From Hypanus sabinus (Eukaryota): a stretch of DNA of 64,000 bases. This document shows, piece after piece, positions 1 through 11,830 of this stretch (position 1 is its first letter; each line of letters begins with the position of its first letter). Location: positions 16,616,001 to 16,680,000 of the forward strand of contig NC_082729.1 in the NCBI RefSeq assembly GCF_030144855.1, read 5' to 3'. The position numbers and the translations under genes are program-made. The notes below the pieces were generated by a model. The model saw only the letters and a list, made by a program, of their open reading frames with translations. It ran no database searches and was not told the origin of the DNA.

Positions 1-96
1 CCTCGGTGACAACGTTATCTCATCCCAGCTGGTATTGTTCTTTGTATCTGAAATGAAGTTTTCAGTTGTAATTCAGTGGCATTGACTGGAATCAGG

Positions 97-325
97 GTAC
101 TGAGAACCCACCAGCATTTGTTCACAAGAGATCGGTCCTTCAACTGCATTGACTGTGCGAGGGATTCACCCACTCATCCCAACTGGAGACACACCAGCGA
201 GTTCACACTGAGGAGAGGCTGGTCACCTGCTCAGACTGTGGGAAGGGATTCTGTCAATCATTTGACCGACAGAGAGACCACGAGTTCACACTGGAGAGAG
301 TCTGTTCACCTGCTCAGATTTTGGG
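97..325 (+). pseudogene. Decayed zinc-finger repeats upstream of the ZNF ORF
   Basis: Finger-like units ([18 protein letters not shown]) with frameshifts and a lost Cys. Confidence 0.7.
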
Positions 326-1582
326 ATGGGATTCATCCAGTCATTTAAAGCACAGCGACACCAACGAGTTCACCCAGGGGAAAGGCCGTTCATCTGTTCT
401 GAATGTGGGAAGGGATTCACTCGGTCATTTCTGTTGAAGGTACATCAGCGACTTCACACTGGGGAGAGGCCATTCAGCTGCTCAGACTGTGGGAAGGGAT
501 TTACTCAGTCATCTCAACTACTGGCACACCAATCAGTTCACACTGGGGAGAGGCCGTTCACCTGTTCAGAATGTGGGAAGGGATTCACTCGGTCATTTCT
601 ACTAAAGGTACATCAGCGAGTTCACACTGGGGAGAAACCATTCACTTGCTCAGACTGTGGGAAGGGATTCACTCAGGCATCCCAACTACAGAGACACCAG
701 TCAGTTCACACTGGGAAGAGACCATTCACCTGCTCAGACTGTAAGAAGACATTCACTCAGACATCTGACCTCCTGGCACACCAGCGAATCCACACTGGAG
801 AGAGGCCATTCATTTGTTCTGAATGTGGGAAAGGATTCACTCACTCATCCACTTTACTGAAACACCAGCGAGTTCACACTGGGGAGAGGCCATTTATCTG
901 TTCTGTGTGTGGGAAGGGGTTCTCTCAGTCATCCGGCCTACAGACACACCAGCAAGTTCACACTGGGGAGAGGCCGTTCACCTGTTCAGACTGTGGGAAG
1001 GGATTCACTCGGTCATCTCAATTGAAGGTACATCAGCGAATTCACTCTGGGGAGAAGCCATTCACCTGCTCTGACTGTGGGAAGGGTTTTACTCATTCAT
1101 CTGACCTACTGGCACACCAGCGAGTTCACACTGGGGAGAGACCATTCTCCTGCTCAGAATGTGGGAAGGGATTCACTCAGTCATCCAATCTCCAGAGACA
1201 TCAGCGAGTTCACACCGGGGAGAGGCCGTTCACCTGCTCAGACTGTGGGAAGGGATTTATTCAGTCATCTCAACTGCTGGCACACCGATCAGTTCACAAC
1301 GGTGAAAGGCCATTCACCTGTTCAGAATGTGGGAAGGGATTCACTCAGTCGTCTCAACTGAAGGTGCATCATCGAATTCACACTGGAGAGAAACCTTTCA
1401 CCTGCTCAGACTGTGGGAAGGAATTCACACAATTATCCACCATACAGAGACACCAGCGAGTTCACACTGGGGAGAGACCATTCACCTGTTCTACGTGTGG
1501 GAAGGGATTCACTCGGTCATCCAGTCTACAGAGACACCAGTCAGTTCACACTAGGGAGTATTCATTCAACTGCTCTGACTGA
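326..1582 (+). CDS. Tandem C2H2 zinc-finger protein (14 complete fingers); probably the terminal coding exon, true start uncertain
   Basis: 418-aa ORF made of 28-aa CxxC-x12-HxxxH units with TGE[RK]PF linkers. No KRAB, SCAN or BTB domain is visible. AATAAA at 2101-2106. Confidence 0.85.
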   Translation: MGFIQSFKAQRHQRVHPGERPFICSECGKGFTRSFLLKVHQRLHTGERPFSCSDCGKGFTQSSQLLAHQSVHTGERPFTCSECGKGFTRSFLLKVHQRVHTGEKPFTCSDCGKGFTQASQLQRHQSVHTGKRPFTCSDCKKTFTQTSDLLAHQRIHTGERPFICSECGKGFTHSSTLLKHQRVHTGERPFICSVCGKGFSQSSGLQTHQQVHTGERPFTCSDCGKGFTRSSQLKVHQRIHSGEKPFTCSDCGKGFTHSSDLLAHQRVHTGERPFSCSECGKGFTQSSNLQRHQRVHTGERPFTCSDCGKGFIQSSQLLAHRSVHNGERPFTCSECGKGFTQSSQLKVHHRIHTGEKPFTCSDCGKEFTQLSTIQRHQRVHTGERPFTCSTCGKGFTRSSSLQRHQSVHTREYSFNCSD

Positions 1583-1900
1583 GGAAAAGGATTTAGCCAG
1601 TCATCTCAATGACTGGCACACCAGTCAGTTCACACTGGGAAAAGGCGGTTCACCTTTTCTGAATAGGAAGAGATTCACTCAGTCATCTGATTTACAGAGT
1701 CACCAGTCAGTTCACACTGGGGAGAGGCCATTCACCTCCTATGACTGAGGGAAGGGATACACTTGGTCATCTGACCTACAGAGATACCAGTGAGTTCACA
1801 CTGGGGAGAAACCATTCAGCTGTTCTGAATATGGGAAGGGATTCGCTCACTCATCCCTTTTTGTGACACACTGATAGACTATTGAGTTCACACTGAGGGA
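1583..1900 (+). pseudogene. About 4 decayed zinc-finger repeats downstream of the ZNF stop codon
   Basis: The 84-bp finger periodicity continues (cagttcacactgggga...ccattcacc) with in-frame TGA/TAG codons and indels. Confidence 0.8.
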
Positions 1901-2739
1901 AAAGTTTAAATCGGCTGCATGCTTGATATTTAGCCATTATATTGTAGCTGTTGAATCGAGAGCCAAGTCCAAAAGTGACCTTTGGTGTTGAACTCTAAAA
2001 TCATGGCTGCATTCACATCTGCACCCTGGTCACTGGGCATGGGAGGAATTTCTTCTGTTAATTTTTAATGGAACTACATTTTCTTATTCTGGATCTGACT
2101 AATAAATCAGTTCGATTATAAACCCTGTCTTGGGTGTTTAGTGAATTTACAACGCACCCAGTGTACAGGAGAGACTCAACTCAGCCCAGCTGTGTCCCTG
2201 CCAGTGTTTCTGTTTTCCAACAGTCCTTTTTAAACCATTCCCGCTCTCTCTCTCCCTGTGTTGATGGGTTCCTAACAGAGGTGTCCTTTGTATTTCTTGC
2301 ATGACTTTATGCAGACTGAAGGTGACAACAAGCAGACTGCATTTATGTCCCATATGTTCTTCATCCCTCAAATTTTTGGCTGAGGAAGACTGACATTGGT
2401 AGCTACCCTACTCCTTCCCAGCTCTTTTCAATGTTATAGAACAGTTTCACTGCTTCTAAAGTGCAGAGTCTCACACAGCTGGGTTGATAGATAACACCAC
2501 GATCCACAGAAGTCTGAAAGCAGAATGGGGTCTAATAGTTGTTCAGTGGAACATGGTCAGAAACAAGCAGAGGGTAGAATTTGGGATCTGGGCAGTGGTA
2601 GGGGTAAGAACATATGATGATATGTCGGGGGCAGTGGCAACAAATGACAGAGTAGCACCATTTGGGAGCTGATTGACAAGAGGAAATAAAACTTGGTTGA
2701 CTGACCGCTGACACACAAAGTGCCACTGAGTATATGGCT

Positions 2740-4070
2740 TGTGAGAGTTTGTGTTACATTGTTAAGGATAATAGGATGATTTGGTAGGTGAATATGTGGC
2801 TGAGGAACTAGTGCAGGGATTCCGATTTAACAATCATTGGAGTCTCTTTGGGGAAGGTACGACCTGTACAAAAGGGATGGGTTACAGTTGAACCCAAGGG
2901 GTACCAATATCCCTGTGGGCAGGCTTGTTACAGTTCTTCAGGAGGGTTTAGACTGATCTGGCGGGGGATAGGAACTGGAGTGATAGTGCTGAGGATGAGG
3001 TAGTTGGTTTACAAATAGAAGCTGTGTTTAGTGAGACTGGTAACAAGCAGAGGTTGATAATGGGGCACAGTTGCAGTCAAAGGTAAGTTGCAATGTAAAA
3101 GGTGGACAAAATCGAAAAGGATGAATACAAGGCCAAAGGTGTTTTATTTGAATGCATGCAGAATACCGAATAAGGCAAATGAATCTGTAGCGCAGTGACA
3201 CAATGGCATGTATGATGCTGAAATCACCAAATTATGGCTGAGCGAAGATCGTAGCTGGTAGCTTAATGTCTAAGGATACACATTGTATCAAAGGAGGGGC
3301 AGGTAGGCAGAGGGGGTGGTGTGGCTCTGATGGTTAAAAAATGTAATCAAATCATTAGAAAGATGTGACATAGGGCCGGAAGAAGTTGAGACATTGTGGG
3401 TAGAGTTCACAAAGTACAAGGGTATAACTCCCTGAAAGCCAACGTAAGAGTCAAAGGGAAAGCATTTAATTGAGATAAAATTAATGGGAAGTTATAGAGA
3501 ATTGGGAAGTTGTTAAAATCCAACAGAAGGCAACTAAAAAAGTCAAAGTAGGGAAAGGTGAAATACGCTAGTCAGTAATATTAAAGAGGATATCAAAAGT
3601 TTCTTTAGATTGATAAGGTGGAGAAGAGAAGTGAGAATGGTTATCAGACTGCTGTAAAATCATGTTGGAGAGGTAGTAATGGGGTACAAGGAAATGTTGG
3701 ATGAAATGTGTAAGTAGTTTGCTTGTGTCTTCATCGTGGAAGGCACATGTCGGAAGTTTGAAGTGTCGTGGGCAAAAGTGTGTGAAGTTGCCATTATTAT
3801 TGAGAAGATTCTTGGGAAACTGAAAGGTCTGAAGGTAGGTAAGTCACTGCACCAGATGGTAAACACCCCAGGGTGCAGAAAGAAGTTACTGAAGGGATTG
3901 TGGAGGCATTATCTGTACAAGGATGTTGATGGGATATGGACACGGTGTAGGTAGGAGGAATTAGTCTTTGACTGTTTTTGATTTGCTTTTCAGCTGCTTT
4001 GGAACAATATGGGTTGAAAGGCCTGTTCCTGTGCTGTATTCTTCTATGTTCTATGTTTTATGTCCTATAT
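2740..4070 (+). mobile_element. Degenerate CR1 LINE fragments (ORF1 esterase end, endonuclease, 3' tail)
   Basis: Translates to DLYKRDGLQLNPRGTNI, VFYLNA and GRGGGVAL; ends in a CR1-type tail (ggcctgttcctgtgctgta..ctatgttctatg). Confidence 0.75.
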
Positions 4071-4084
4071 TTCATATGCTATGG

Positions 4085-4720
4085 ACTTCTATAGATGTGG
4101 AAAGTATATTGACTGAATGAATTACAGCTGGTATGGAAAGACCCCATTGTCCTTCAATTAGGAATGCCCTACAGAAGGCTGTAGATATGACTTCGTCCAT
4201 CATGGGCAAAGTCCTCCCTGCCATGAGCACATTGTTTCAGGTAGCCATCATCAGAGATCCCCACAGCCCAGGACATGCTCTGTTCTCACTGCTGCTATCA
4301 GGACAAAGGTAAAAGCCTCAGGACTTAACGCCATCAATTTTAGGAATGGTTATTATCCCACAGCAATTGGCTCCTGAATCGAGGGGATAAATTCACCAAG
4401 CAAACACGAGGAAATCTGCAGATGGTGGAAATTCAAACAACACATACAAAATGCTGGTGGAACACAGCAGGCCAGGCAGCATCTATAGGGAGAATTCACT
4501 TCATCGTTGAAACGTTTCCAGAACCTGGTCTCACACTCAAGGGCTCTTCATCTCATGTTCTCAATACATATTGCTTACTCATGATTAATATTATTTATTT
4601 TTGTATTTCCACAGTTTGTATCTTTTGCACACTGGTTGAATGTCCAAGTTAATACTGTCTCCCATTTATTCTATTATAGTTATGGATTTATTGAGTACGC
4701 CCATAAGAAACTGAATCACG
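4085..4720 (+). mobile_element. Rex1/Babar-like LINE 3' end, host of the ERV; its tail resumes at 11468-11515
   Basis: IIRDPHSPGHALFSLLLSG motif. The tail ...cccataagaaactgaatc | ggtgacatatatgtactttgataataaatttactttgaac resembles uninterrupted tails at about 42230-42295 and 48613-48670. Confidence 0.7.
4401..4490 (-). mobile_element. Penelope-like element terminal fragment
   Basis: aaacacgaggaaatctgcagatg...caaaatgctggtggaacacagcaggccaggcagcatctat matches the terminus next to the GIY-YIG remnant at about 35090-35165. Confidence 0.6.
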
Positions 4721-5356
4721 CGTGGTTTCTCGTGCCACACAAATGATTAGGAGATGCAGAAGATTCTTCAAGAAGGGTTAAACTTTAATTTTCAAATCAA
4801 AGCTGAGACAGTCATTGAGCTAGTCGCTGATTGCCCACCAATCTTTGGACACAGTGTAGCGGTGTGCTACACGCAGCACTAAAATAACGACACGGAGTCG
4901 GTAAACTGCAATCAAAGATGATTTTATTCGAACTTCACAGCCTTGCTTTAAAGCCTCCCTCATTCCGCCCTCCCCGGGTGTGGATGCTGTAAGGGACACG
5001 TACTCACAAACCCCCCAGGCTTTTTCCCTTTGTTGGTGAAGCAGAACTGGCGCCCTTTTGGGACTGGTCTTTGTGCCGACGCGCTGGCTATTTGTGAGCC
5101 GGTTCGAGTGCGCTAGAAAGTGGGTCACCACAATAGCATGTTTTATAGCAATCTCCTGGTTTAGTTGTATTAGCAGATGCAATCGGTCTATAGTTGCGTA
5201 CCACATGCACATCTGCCACTATTGTTTCTACCCATTGACTTAATCATGTTCTAATCTACATCTCTTAGCTACCTCTCATTAACACAACATTGTCTTCTAC
5301 ATTCTTAGGATTTCATTCTCTAGCAAATAGCAAGTTTCAACTTTTATACTCCAATA
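4721..5356 (-). repeat. ERV 3' LTR, interrupted by a 278-bp solo LTR
   Basis: Direct repeat of 11106-11467, about 94-95% identical by eye once 4855-5132 is removed. Confidence 0.95.
4855..5132 (-). mobile_element. Solo LTR (probably Gypsy-type) nested in the ERV 3' LTR
   Basis: TGT...ACA termini and 4-bp TSD acag/atag; the empty site in the 5' LTR reads tggac-atag-catg. AATAAA on the minus strand at about 4923-4928. Confidence 0.85.
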
Positions 5357-5370
5357 TATCCCCCCTTTGA
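5357..5370 (-). other. ERV polypurine tract
   Basis: Minus strand TCAAAGGGGGGATA directly before the 3' LTR. Confidence 0.85.
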
Positions 5371-5562
5371 GACCCATAGGGTCCCATACAGAGAAAGACT
5401 AAGAGTCCACGCACAAAGGCCCCAATAAACTCAAGCACTTATTCCCAAATCTCGGGTTAAACTATAATTTTCTGCGCCAAGACCTCAAAGTATTCTCTCC
5501 CTGTTACCCTGGGCCGCTGAGCCAAAAACCTGTCCCTTTGTACCTGAGACAGGGAAAAAGAC

Positions 5563-6190
5563 TCAGAAACCCTTACAATCTACTCCCACAATGTCGTTTT
5601 GCTCTTGTTCATCCTGCAGGTGTCGTAGGCTGTAATGATACATTTTCGGTGTTTCTTTCTCCACTAAGCTTGCTTCAGTAATTGCCACGAGCATCAGAAA
5701 TTGTTTGGTTGCAGCACGCACTACAAGAGATTTGAGACAAGGAAGAGAACAGCACAGCACAAGCGCACAGCTCAACAATACAATACTGGCAGTTATTGCT
5801 ATTTTAGTCAGCCATGCTCCCCATCCTCCGAGTCTACTTTCCAACCAATCAAAGAACTGATGTTCAAATCCTGCATTCTGTTTAACCTCCGTCAGCAGAT
5901 TCTTTAATTTATTCATTGCTCTGGTGAAAGACCCTTCTGGGTTAGTATTGTTCGGTATGAAAGTGCAGCATTGTTCTCCAAACATTACACACACACACCC
6001 TCTTTTTCTGCTAATAGCCAATCCAGTACCTGCCTGTTTTGCCACGCCATCCTGCTAGTTGCATCCAGCTGTTGCCCTAAGGCCTCTAGTGCATCATCGG
6101 TGTAGTTGATGAATCTCTGTTGATTGTAGTATATATAGTTTATCCATTCAACATTTTTGCTTACCCCTATCACAGGTATGATAGCTTCCC
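5563..6190 (-). pseudogene. env: env remnant, TM subunit only, frameshifted
   Basis: KNVEWINYIYYNQQRFINYT heptad, ISD-like QNRQVLDWLLAEKEGVC, CX6CC (CVMFGEQCC) and a hydrophobic anchor. A +2 slip in a (TG)n run at about 5987-5998; SU absent. Confidence 0.9.
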
Positions 6191-8255
6191 AGTGAGCATC
6201 TCATGCGGTGTCAGGCATGTCATTCGATTAGTTTGCATGCGGTAACTCATCAATGCTAACGGTAAAGCATCGACCCAATTAAGTTTAGTGTCTGCACAAA
6301 TTTTGCTTAGTTTGGCTTTCAGGGTTCCATTAATTCTCTCTACCATGCCCTGCGACTGAGGGTGGTATACACATCCAAATCTTTGCTTTATCCTCAGCGC
6401 CTGTAGTACCAGTTTGACCACTTTCTGGATAAAAGCTGAACCATTGTCTGAGCTAACTTCTGTAGGTATTCCAAACCTTGGGATCACTTCGTTTGTCAGA
6501 AATTTTACCACTGTCTTTGCCCCTTGATCTTTTGAAGGTACCGCCTCCACCCATCTGCTAAATCGATCAATTACTACCAGCATGTATCTTTTCCCTCTCA
6601 CTGTCTTTATCATGTCTACGTAATCGATCACTAGATGTTTAAATGGTCCTTCAGGTGCAGGAATGTAACCTATTGGGGTTGTAATTCCCTTCTGAACATT
6701 ATTCTGTGTGCATACCTCGCACTGTGACAAGACAAAGTCCACTGAAGCCTGTAAATAAGGTGACCAAAAACCATCCTCCTTTATTTTCTTTATCACTTCC
6801 CCCCTTGCACAATGCTCCATCCCATGCGCTTCTGAAATCAGAAACGTCAGTAGAGGGGTGGGCGCTGCCAACAAACCATCTTCTGTGCTCCACAAGCCTT
6901 CCGGGTTCTGCTTGGCCCCCCCTTTTCTCCACGTTGTCTGTACTGCCAAAGTTGCCTTACCTTGTATTTCAATTAGGTCCTCTACCTCAGGTTCTGGAGT
7001 TAGGCTTACCTGGGGGGCAATGAAAGCTGATGTACACCCAGACGCTTTTCTGGCTGCCTCGTCTGCAGCTTGATTTCCCTTTTTATGTGCCTGGCATTTT
7101 ACTATAGCCAATACTTCAGGTTTCATTATGGCTTTTATTAAGTCTAGAATTTGCTGACAATGTTGTATGGGATCTCCAATACTCTTTTTAAAATGTCTCT
7201 GTTTCCACACTGCCCCAAACAAATGGCATACTCCATGAGCATATGGCGAATCGGTATAGATGTCTACTTTCTCACCTAATGCTGGTGCTGACTGCAATTC
7301 CTGCTTAATAGTATTGAAAGCTATCTCCGCCTCTCCATTCCACTGTAAGCCGTTCTTCAAATTTGTATGTCCTGCTTCTTTCATTATATTTCTCAAAGGT
7401 GCCACAATCTCAGCATATTCTCCTATCCAATCTGAGCTGTACCCTGCCATTCCCAAAAACGTCATCATCTGTCTGGGGTTTGTGGGCCTTAGTTATTGCC
7501 TCAATCTGATCTGGTGCTATCGCCTTCACTCCCTTGGATATTAGCCTGCCTAAGTATTCCACTTGCTGCTTGCAAAATTGCAGTTTCTTTTTGGATACTT
7601 TATGTCCTCTGCGCACCAGCTTCTCTAACAGAGTTATAGTGTCCTGCTCACACTGTTCCTTGCTGTGGGAGCAAATCAACAGGTCATCCACATACTGTAA
7701 TAATGTACTTTCCAATGGCATGCCCTCTAGGTCTGCCTTCAACACCTGATTAAAAACGTGTGGTGAATATTTAAATCCTTGTGGCATTCTGGTATAGGTA
7801 CACTGAGCACCTCTGTAAGTAAATGCAAACAGATACTGACACTGATCGGCTAGAGGAATGCTGAAGAAAGCCGAACACAAATCAATCACTGAAAAGTAAC
7901 TTGCTTCTGGTGGAACATTAGTCAAAAACATATGTGGGTTGGGGACTACCGCTGGCCAGTCCTCTACCACATCATTTACCGCTCGCAAATCATGCACCAA
8001 TCTCCACTTAGATTTATCTGCTTTTAAGACCGGCAGCAGCGGGGTATTACATGGACTGTTTGTTCTTTTAAGCACCCCTATTTCAAGCAACCCCTGCACT
8101 GTCGATGTTATTCCCTCTTCTGCTTCTTGTCTTAGAGGGTATTGTGGTCTCCTAGGTGGAATTGCTCCCCTTTTCAGCCTTATTTCCACTGGACTAGCTG
8201 TTTTTATTTTCCCTACGTCCGTGTCATGCTGTGACATGGAGTTCTTGGGGCACCC
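6170..8255 (-). pseudogene. pol: pol remnant: RT, partial RNase H, integrase core; protease absent
   Basis: ORF 7410-8237 has SPCNTPLLPV, DLCSAFFSIPL, MPQGF and YVDD. ORF 6170-7468 has FLGMAGY, IYTDS, HxxxH..CxxC, IDY, SDNG and GMVER. Confidence 0.92.
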
Positions 8256-10436
8256 CTAATACCTCGCTTAGGGGTTCACAGGTCCGCTTGGGCCTGTGGG
8301 GGCTGGTCCTTGGCTAAACTTTAGTTCCCTTCTTATCAGTTCCTGCTGGTGTGTGACAGGCCATGGTGTAAACGGACAATCGCTTCTCATATGACCTGGC
8401 TGATTACATCCCCAGCACAATCTCTCTACTTCTCTTTCCCCATTTCCTCACTGATCCCCTCTGCCCATAGCTCCTCTGTCCCCCTCCTTGGGACTTCCAG
8501 TCCTGTCTGGGCTGTTTGAATTTAGTCTGTTCCTGAAGGGCATTTGTGGGAATGCTCCTCCAAAGACGATTATTGGCATGGGGTTTTCCAGCCCTTGTCT
8601 CACAGTATGATCGGTTCCTCCATATAGCGGTGCTTCATCCAGTTCGATGGCTGTACTCGGACCGGTGGTTGCTGGCAGCATCTTTTTGTTTTTCTCTTTT
8701 TCCTTCTTTTTGAGTTCTTCAAGCTGCATTTGTATTAACTTTCTTTGCACCTCTTCCTGCTGCTCAGCCAACCTTTGTTTGTCTTTCCGGTATTTCTCAA
8801 CCGCATGGACTACATGGTCTCTAAATTCTTGTGGGGTCTTTGACATTAGCCCAACCACTTCCTCCAGTTTGGATTTTATTTGTGGAGGCATTGCATCCAA
8901 AATGCTATGTCGGAACAGTGAGGTCATAAATAAGCTATTCTCCACCTCTTGCTCAGTCTCCAGTCTCCAGTCTCCACCTTTTCAACTCGTTTTCTACGTA
9001 AGCTGCTGGGTTTTCAATGTCTCCCAGTGGATCCCCTGTTAAGGCTTTGGGGTCCACTTTGGGTGGATAAAGCTTCCTGAGGGCCTGCCATACCCTCTGC
9101 CTCACTCTGTCAAACCCGTCTCCATCAGTTCTCGGGTCGTTCGAGTTTACTATGCCAGCCATTTCCATTAGTTCGTTAAATTTGGTTCCCATAAACCTTA
9201 TCAATAGTGCCTTCAAATCTCCCATAGCCAATAATCGTCCCACCATTTCTTCTTCAAAGGCTCTAATCCATTTCCCTGCTCCTTCATGTAGATTGGGCAG
9301 AGTGTTTTTCAGCCCTTCTAGGTCCTGGGATCCCCAAGGTATATACTGCACTTGTCCTGATCCTTTTACTAACAACGGCATCATTCTTCCTCCTTCTTCC
9401 CACCAGCCCTGGCTCTCCTCCTCACCTGACTCCCCATCTGTCTCAGGGTATGTCTTTACTGCCTCCCACACAAATGTCTCCGGGGTCCTCTTCTTCCCTC
9501 GGTCTCCTTGTGGAGTCCTTCCTTTCTGTCTTGATTCAATACTTGGTTGGCCCCTGGAGTATTTTTCGCATCTCCTCTGGCAATCCCCTCTCAGTAACTT
9601 ATCTGGCTCTCTCTCTCTACTTCCGCAATTCGCTCCCCTACCACCTCCTTCTGTTCTTCTAGGCTTCTGCCTCCTACCTCTTCCCCACAAATTCTCACAT
9701 CCTCTCTCTCTCTCCACTTAACTCTTGCTCCTCCAATGAGTCACCTTCTTTTCTAGTCTGTTTATTTCTATAGTATAACCGTTACTCCTCATATTCCTTT
9801 TCCTCTCTCAAGTATTTCATCCGTTCAATCCCTTCTTCCATTTCTCTCTGTGCCTGTTCCACCTTTATCCTTTCTGCCTGTATCTCCTTCCATATCGCCG
9901 CTTTTTCCTTCTCGTATTGTTTTTTTTCCTCCTCATTATCCCAAACTTGTACTTCTCCCTGCACGTTTACTGTTCCCGTCAGCAGGGGGCACTGCTTAGT
10001 GGTTCCTTCTTCATTATAGGGAGGGGGCTTTTCTGTTTCTTTCACATCCGGGTACGGAGCTGAAGCCAGTTTCTCACTGTACCTTCCTCTCTCTCTAACA
10101 GGCTGTTTCTCCAGCACCTTAGTGTCTTCCTCGCTTGTAATCAATATTCTACCTGTCCTCCTCAGCCTTTCTCCCTCCGTTCTGAAGAGTTTTAGCACTT
10201 CCATTTCTCGTTCTCTTTTTTGCCCTCTTTTCTTAGATTTATCTTTTGGTTTGTAATTTTTAATTAGTGCCTCCCATTTCTTCGCACAAGCTTACATCAA
10301 ACGTTCCTTCTCTCGGCCATTTTGTGACCAGGTTTTTGCTTCTTTTTTCCCATTTTTCTGAAGTTTTTGTGATCTCATATTTATTTATCGGGAATTTTTT
10401 GCTCAGAATCTCTACTGCCGTTCCTTTACCGATCAT
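8256..10436 (-). pseudogene. gag: gag, broken by frameshifts and stops
   Basis: ATG at 10436; matrix motif WPREGTFD; PPPY late domain; capsid-like ORF pieces; CCHC knuckle CWGCNQPGHMRSDC at about 8376-8417; ends TAG-GGG, a read-through type junction. Confidence 0.85.
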
Positions 10437-10582
10437 GTTATTCTCTCTTTTTAGGGTATTTCAGAGATTCACAGTTTGCTTACCGGATAATATTATTTAC
10501 TCTAATTCTATGCCTAGTCTATTGTCTATCTACCAGCGCTTTAAACTATATATTGGACTGTCCTTGTTTCCTATACTGTTTT

Positions 10583-10750
10583 GCCTGTACAGACCTTTAT
10601 TCAGAGCGGTATCCACAGAACTTGCTCTTTGCACCTCGTCTATTCAGACCCTTATCTCTTAAGGCGGTATCCACGAGGATTTTCTCTATTTTCCCTTTCC
10701 CTGCCCGTTCAGACCTTCATTTCATACGAAGCGGTGTTCACGGGGATTTA
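10583..10750. repeat. Three imperfect 55-65 bp repeats in the ERV 5' leader
   Basis: cagacc..gcggt[ag]t[ct]cac starts at 10590, 10645 and 10710. Confidence 0.6.
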
Positions 10751-11080
10751 CCAACACCACGTGGAATTTTTCTTAACTTAACTTCTTATTAACTTATTTG
10801 TACTTACCCTCACTGCAGTGTTCTTGATCAATCCTCTGAGCCTCCTGTTAACCACGAATTCTGCCAGATTCTTTGGACCGAAGAGACACTTCGGCAGTGG
10901 TTCTACACTTCTGAGACTCCAAGACCTCCCCAAAACCAACAGAATTCTTAGTCCAAATTGTCGCAAAAAGCGCTTACCTTTTGTTTGGGTGCACCCTTTA
11001 TTCTGTTAGCCTTGTGGGGGTCCCTAGAGGACCGGGAAGCGTCCCCAATCTGCCATTTCCTTTCCGCGGGTCTCTTTCCG

Positions 11081-11098
11081 GTCCTGCCGCGGTCGCCA
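11081..11098 (-). other. Primer-binding site complementary to tRNA-Arg(UCG)
   Basis: Minus strand TGGCGACCGCGGCAGGAC, 4 nt after the 5' LTR. It complements the vertebrate tRNA-Arg-TCG 3' end GTCCTGCCGCGGTCG-CCA (recalled sequence). Confidence 0.88.
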
Positions 11099-11102
11099 AT
11101 TT

Positions 11103-11467
11103 TGTCGTGGTTTCTCGTGCCCCAGAAATGATTAGGAGACGCAGAAGATTCTTCAAGAAGGGTTAAACTTTAATTTGCAAATCAAAGCTCAGACAGTCAT
11201 TGAGCTAGTCGCTGATTGCCCACCGATCGTTGGACATAGCATGTTTTATAGCAATCTCCTGGTTTAGTTGCATTAGCATATGCAATCGGTCTATAGTTGC
11301 GTTTCACACGTATATCCTCCACTATTGTTTCTACCCATTGACTTAATCATGTTCTAATCTACATTGCTTAGAGAGATCTACATCTCTCATTAACACAACA
11401 TTGTCTTCTACATTCTTAGGATTTCATTCTCTAGCAAATAGCAAGTTTCAACTTTTATACTCCAATA
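11103..11467 (-). repeat. ERV 5' LTR (365 bp)
   Basis: Ends in CA next to the PBS. Minus-strand TATAAAA at about 11244-11250 and ATTAAA at about 11169-11174. Confidence 0.95.
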
Positions 11468-11629
11468 GTTGGTGGTGACATATATGTACTTTGATAATAA
11501 ATTTACTTTGAACTTCTTATCTGAATGTGTTGTTACTTCCATTCCATCTATATTTTACATTTTCCTTTTCAGCCCCAATTCTCCAGGTTCCTAGTCCGCA
11601 GTGTTACCCGAAGCGCAGTGTGAGTAGCT

Positions 11630-11780
11630 TCTGATTGGTGAATTTGTTTCCCACTGATATCCAATTAAAGCATTTCTCAAAACAAACTCGAGGGGCGATT
11701 CGTCCTTTCAAGCCGCCAATGAAAATGCTCGGATTCCCTATTCCTTATTAGCATACCGCTGTGAGCACTGCCTATTTAAT
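11630..11780 (+). promoter_or_regulatory. H2B promoter: CCAAT boxes, octamer-like element, TATA
   Basis: ATTGG at about 11634, CCAAT at about 11659 and 11716, CTTATTAGCAT at 11744-11754 (compare the H2B octamer ATTTGCAT), TATTTAA at about 11773. Confidence 0.7.
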
Positions 11781-11830
11781 CAGCGCTCCGGAGGCTATTT
11801 TGCTATTACGGTGTCAACTCGACAGAAGAA

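Larger units (their letters stand above)
4721..11467 (-). mobile_element. Endogenous retrovirus, class I (epsilon/gamma-like), internally deleted and defective
   Basis: Paired LTRs, PBS, PPT and gag-pol-env order. RT LQYVDDLL, integrase HHCC/DDE, gamma-type TM. Confidence 0.95.

Noticed and set aside
403-1748. Alternate-frame ORFs in the zinc-finger array
   Set aside because: Periodic by-products of the 84-bp finger repeat.
5563-6190. Domesticated syncytin-like env
   Set aside because: No signal peptide or SU, and a frameshift at the end of the ISD just before CX6CC.
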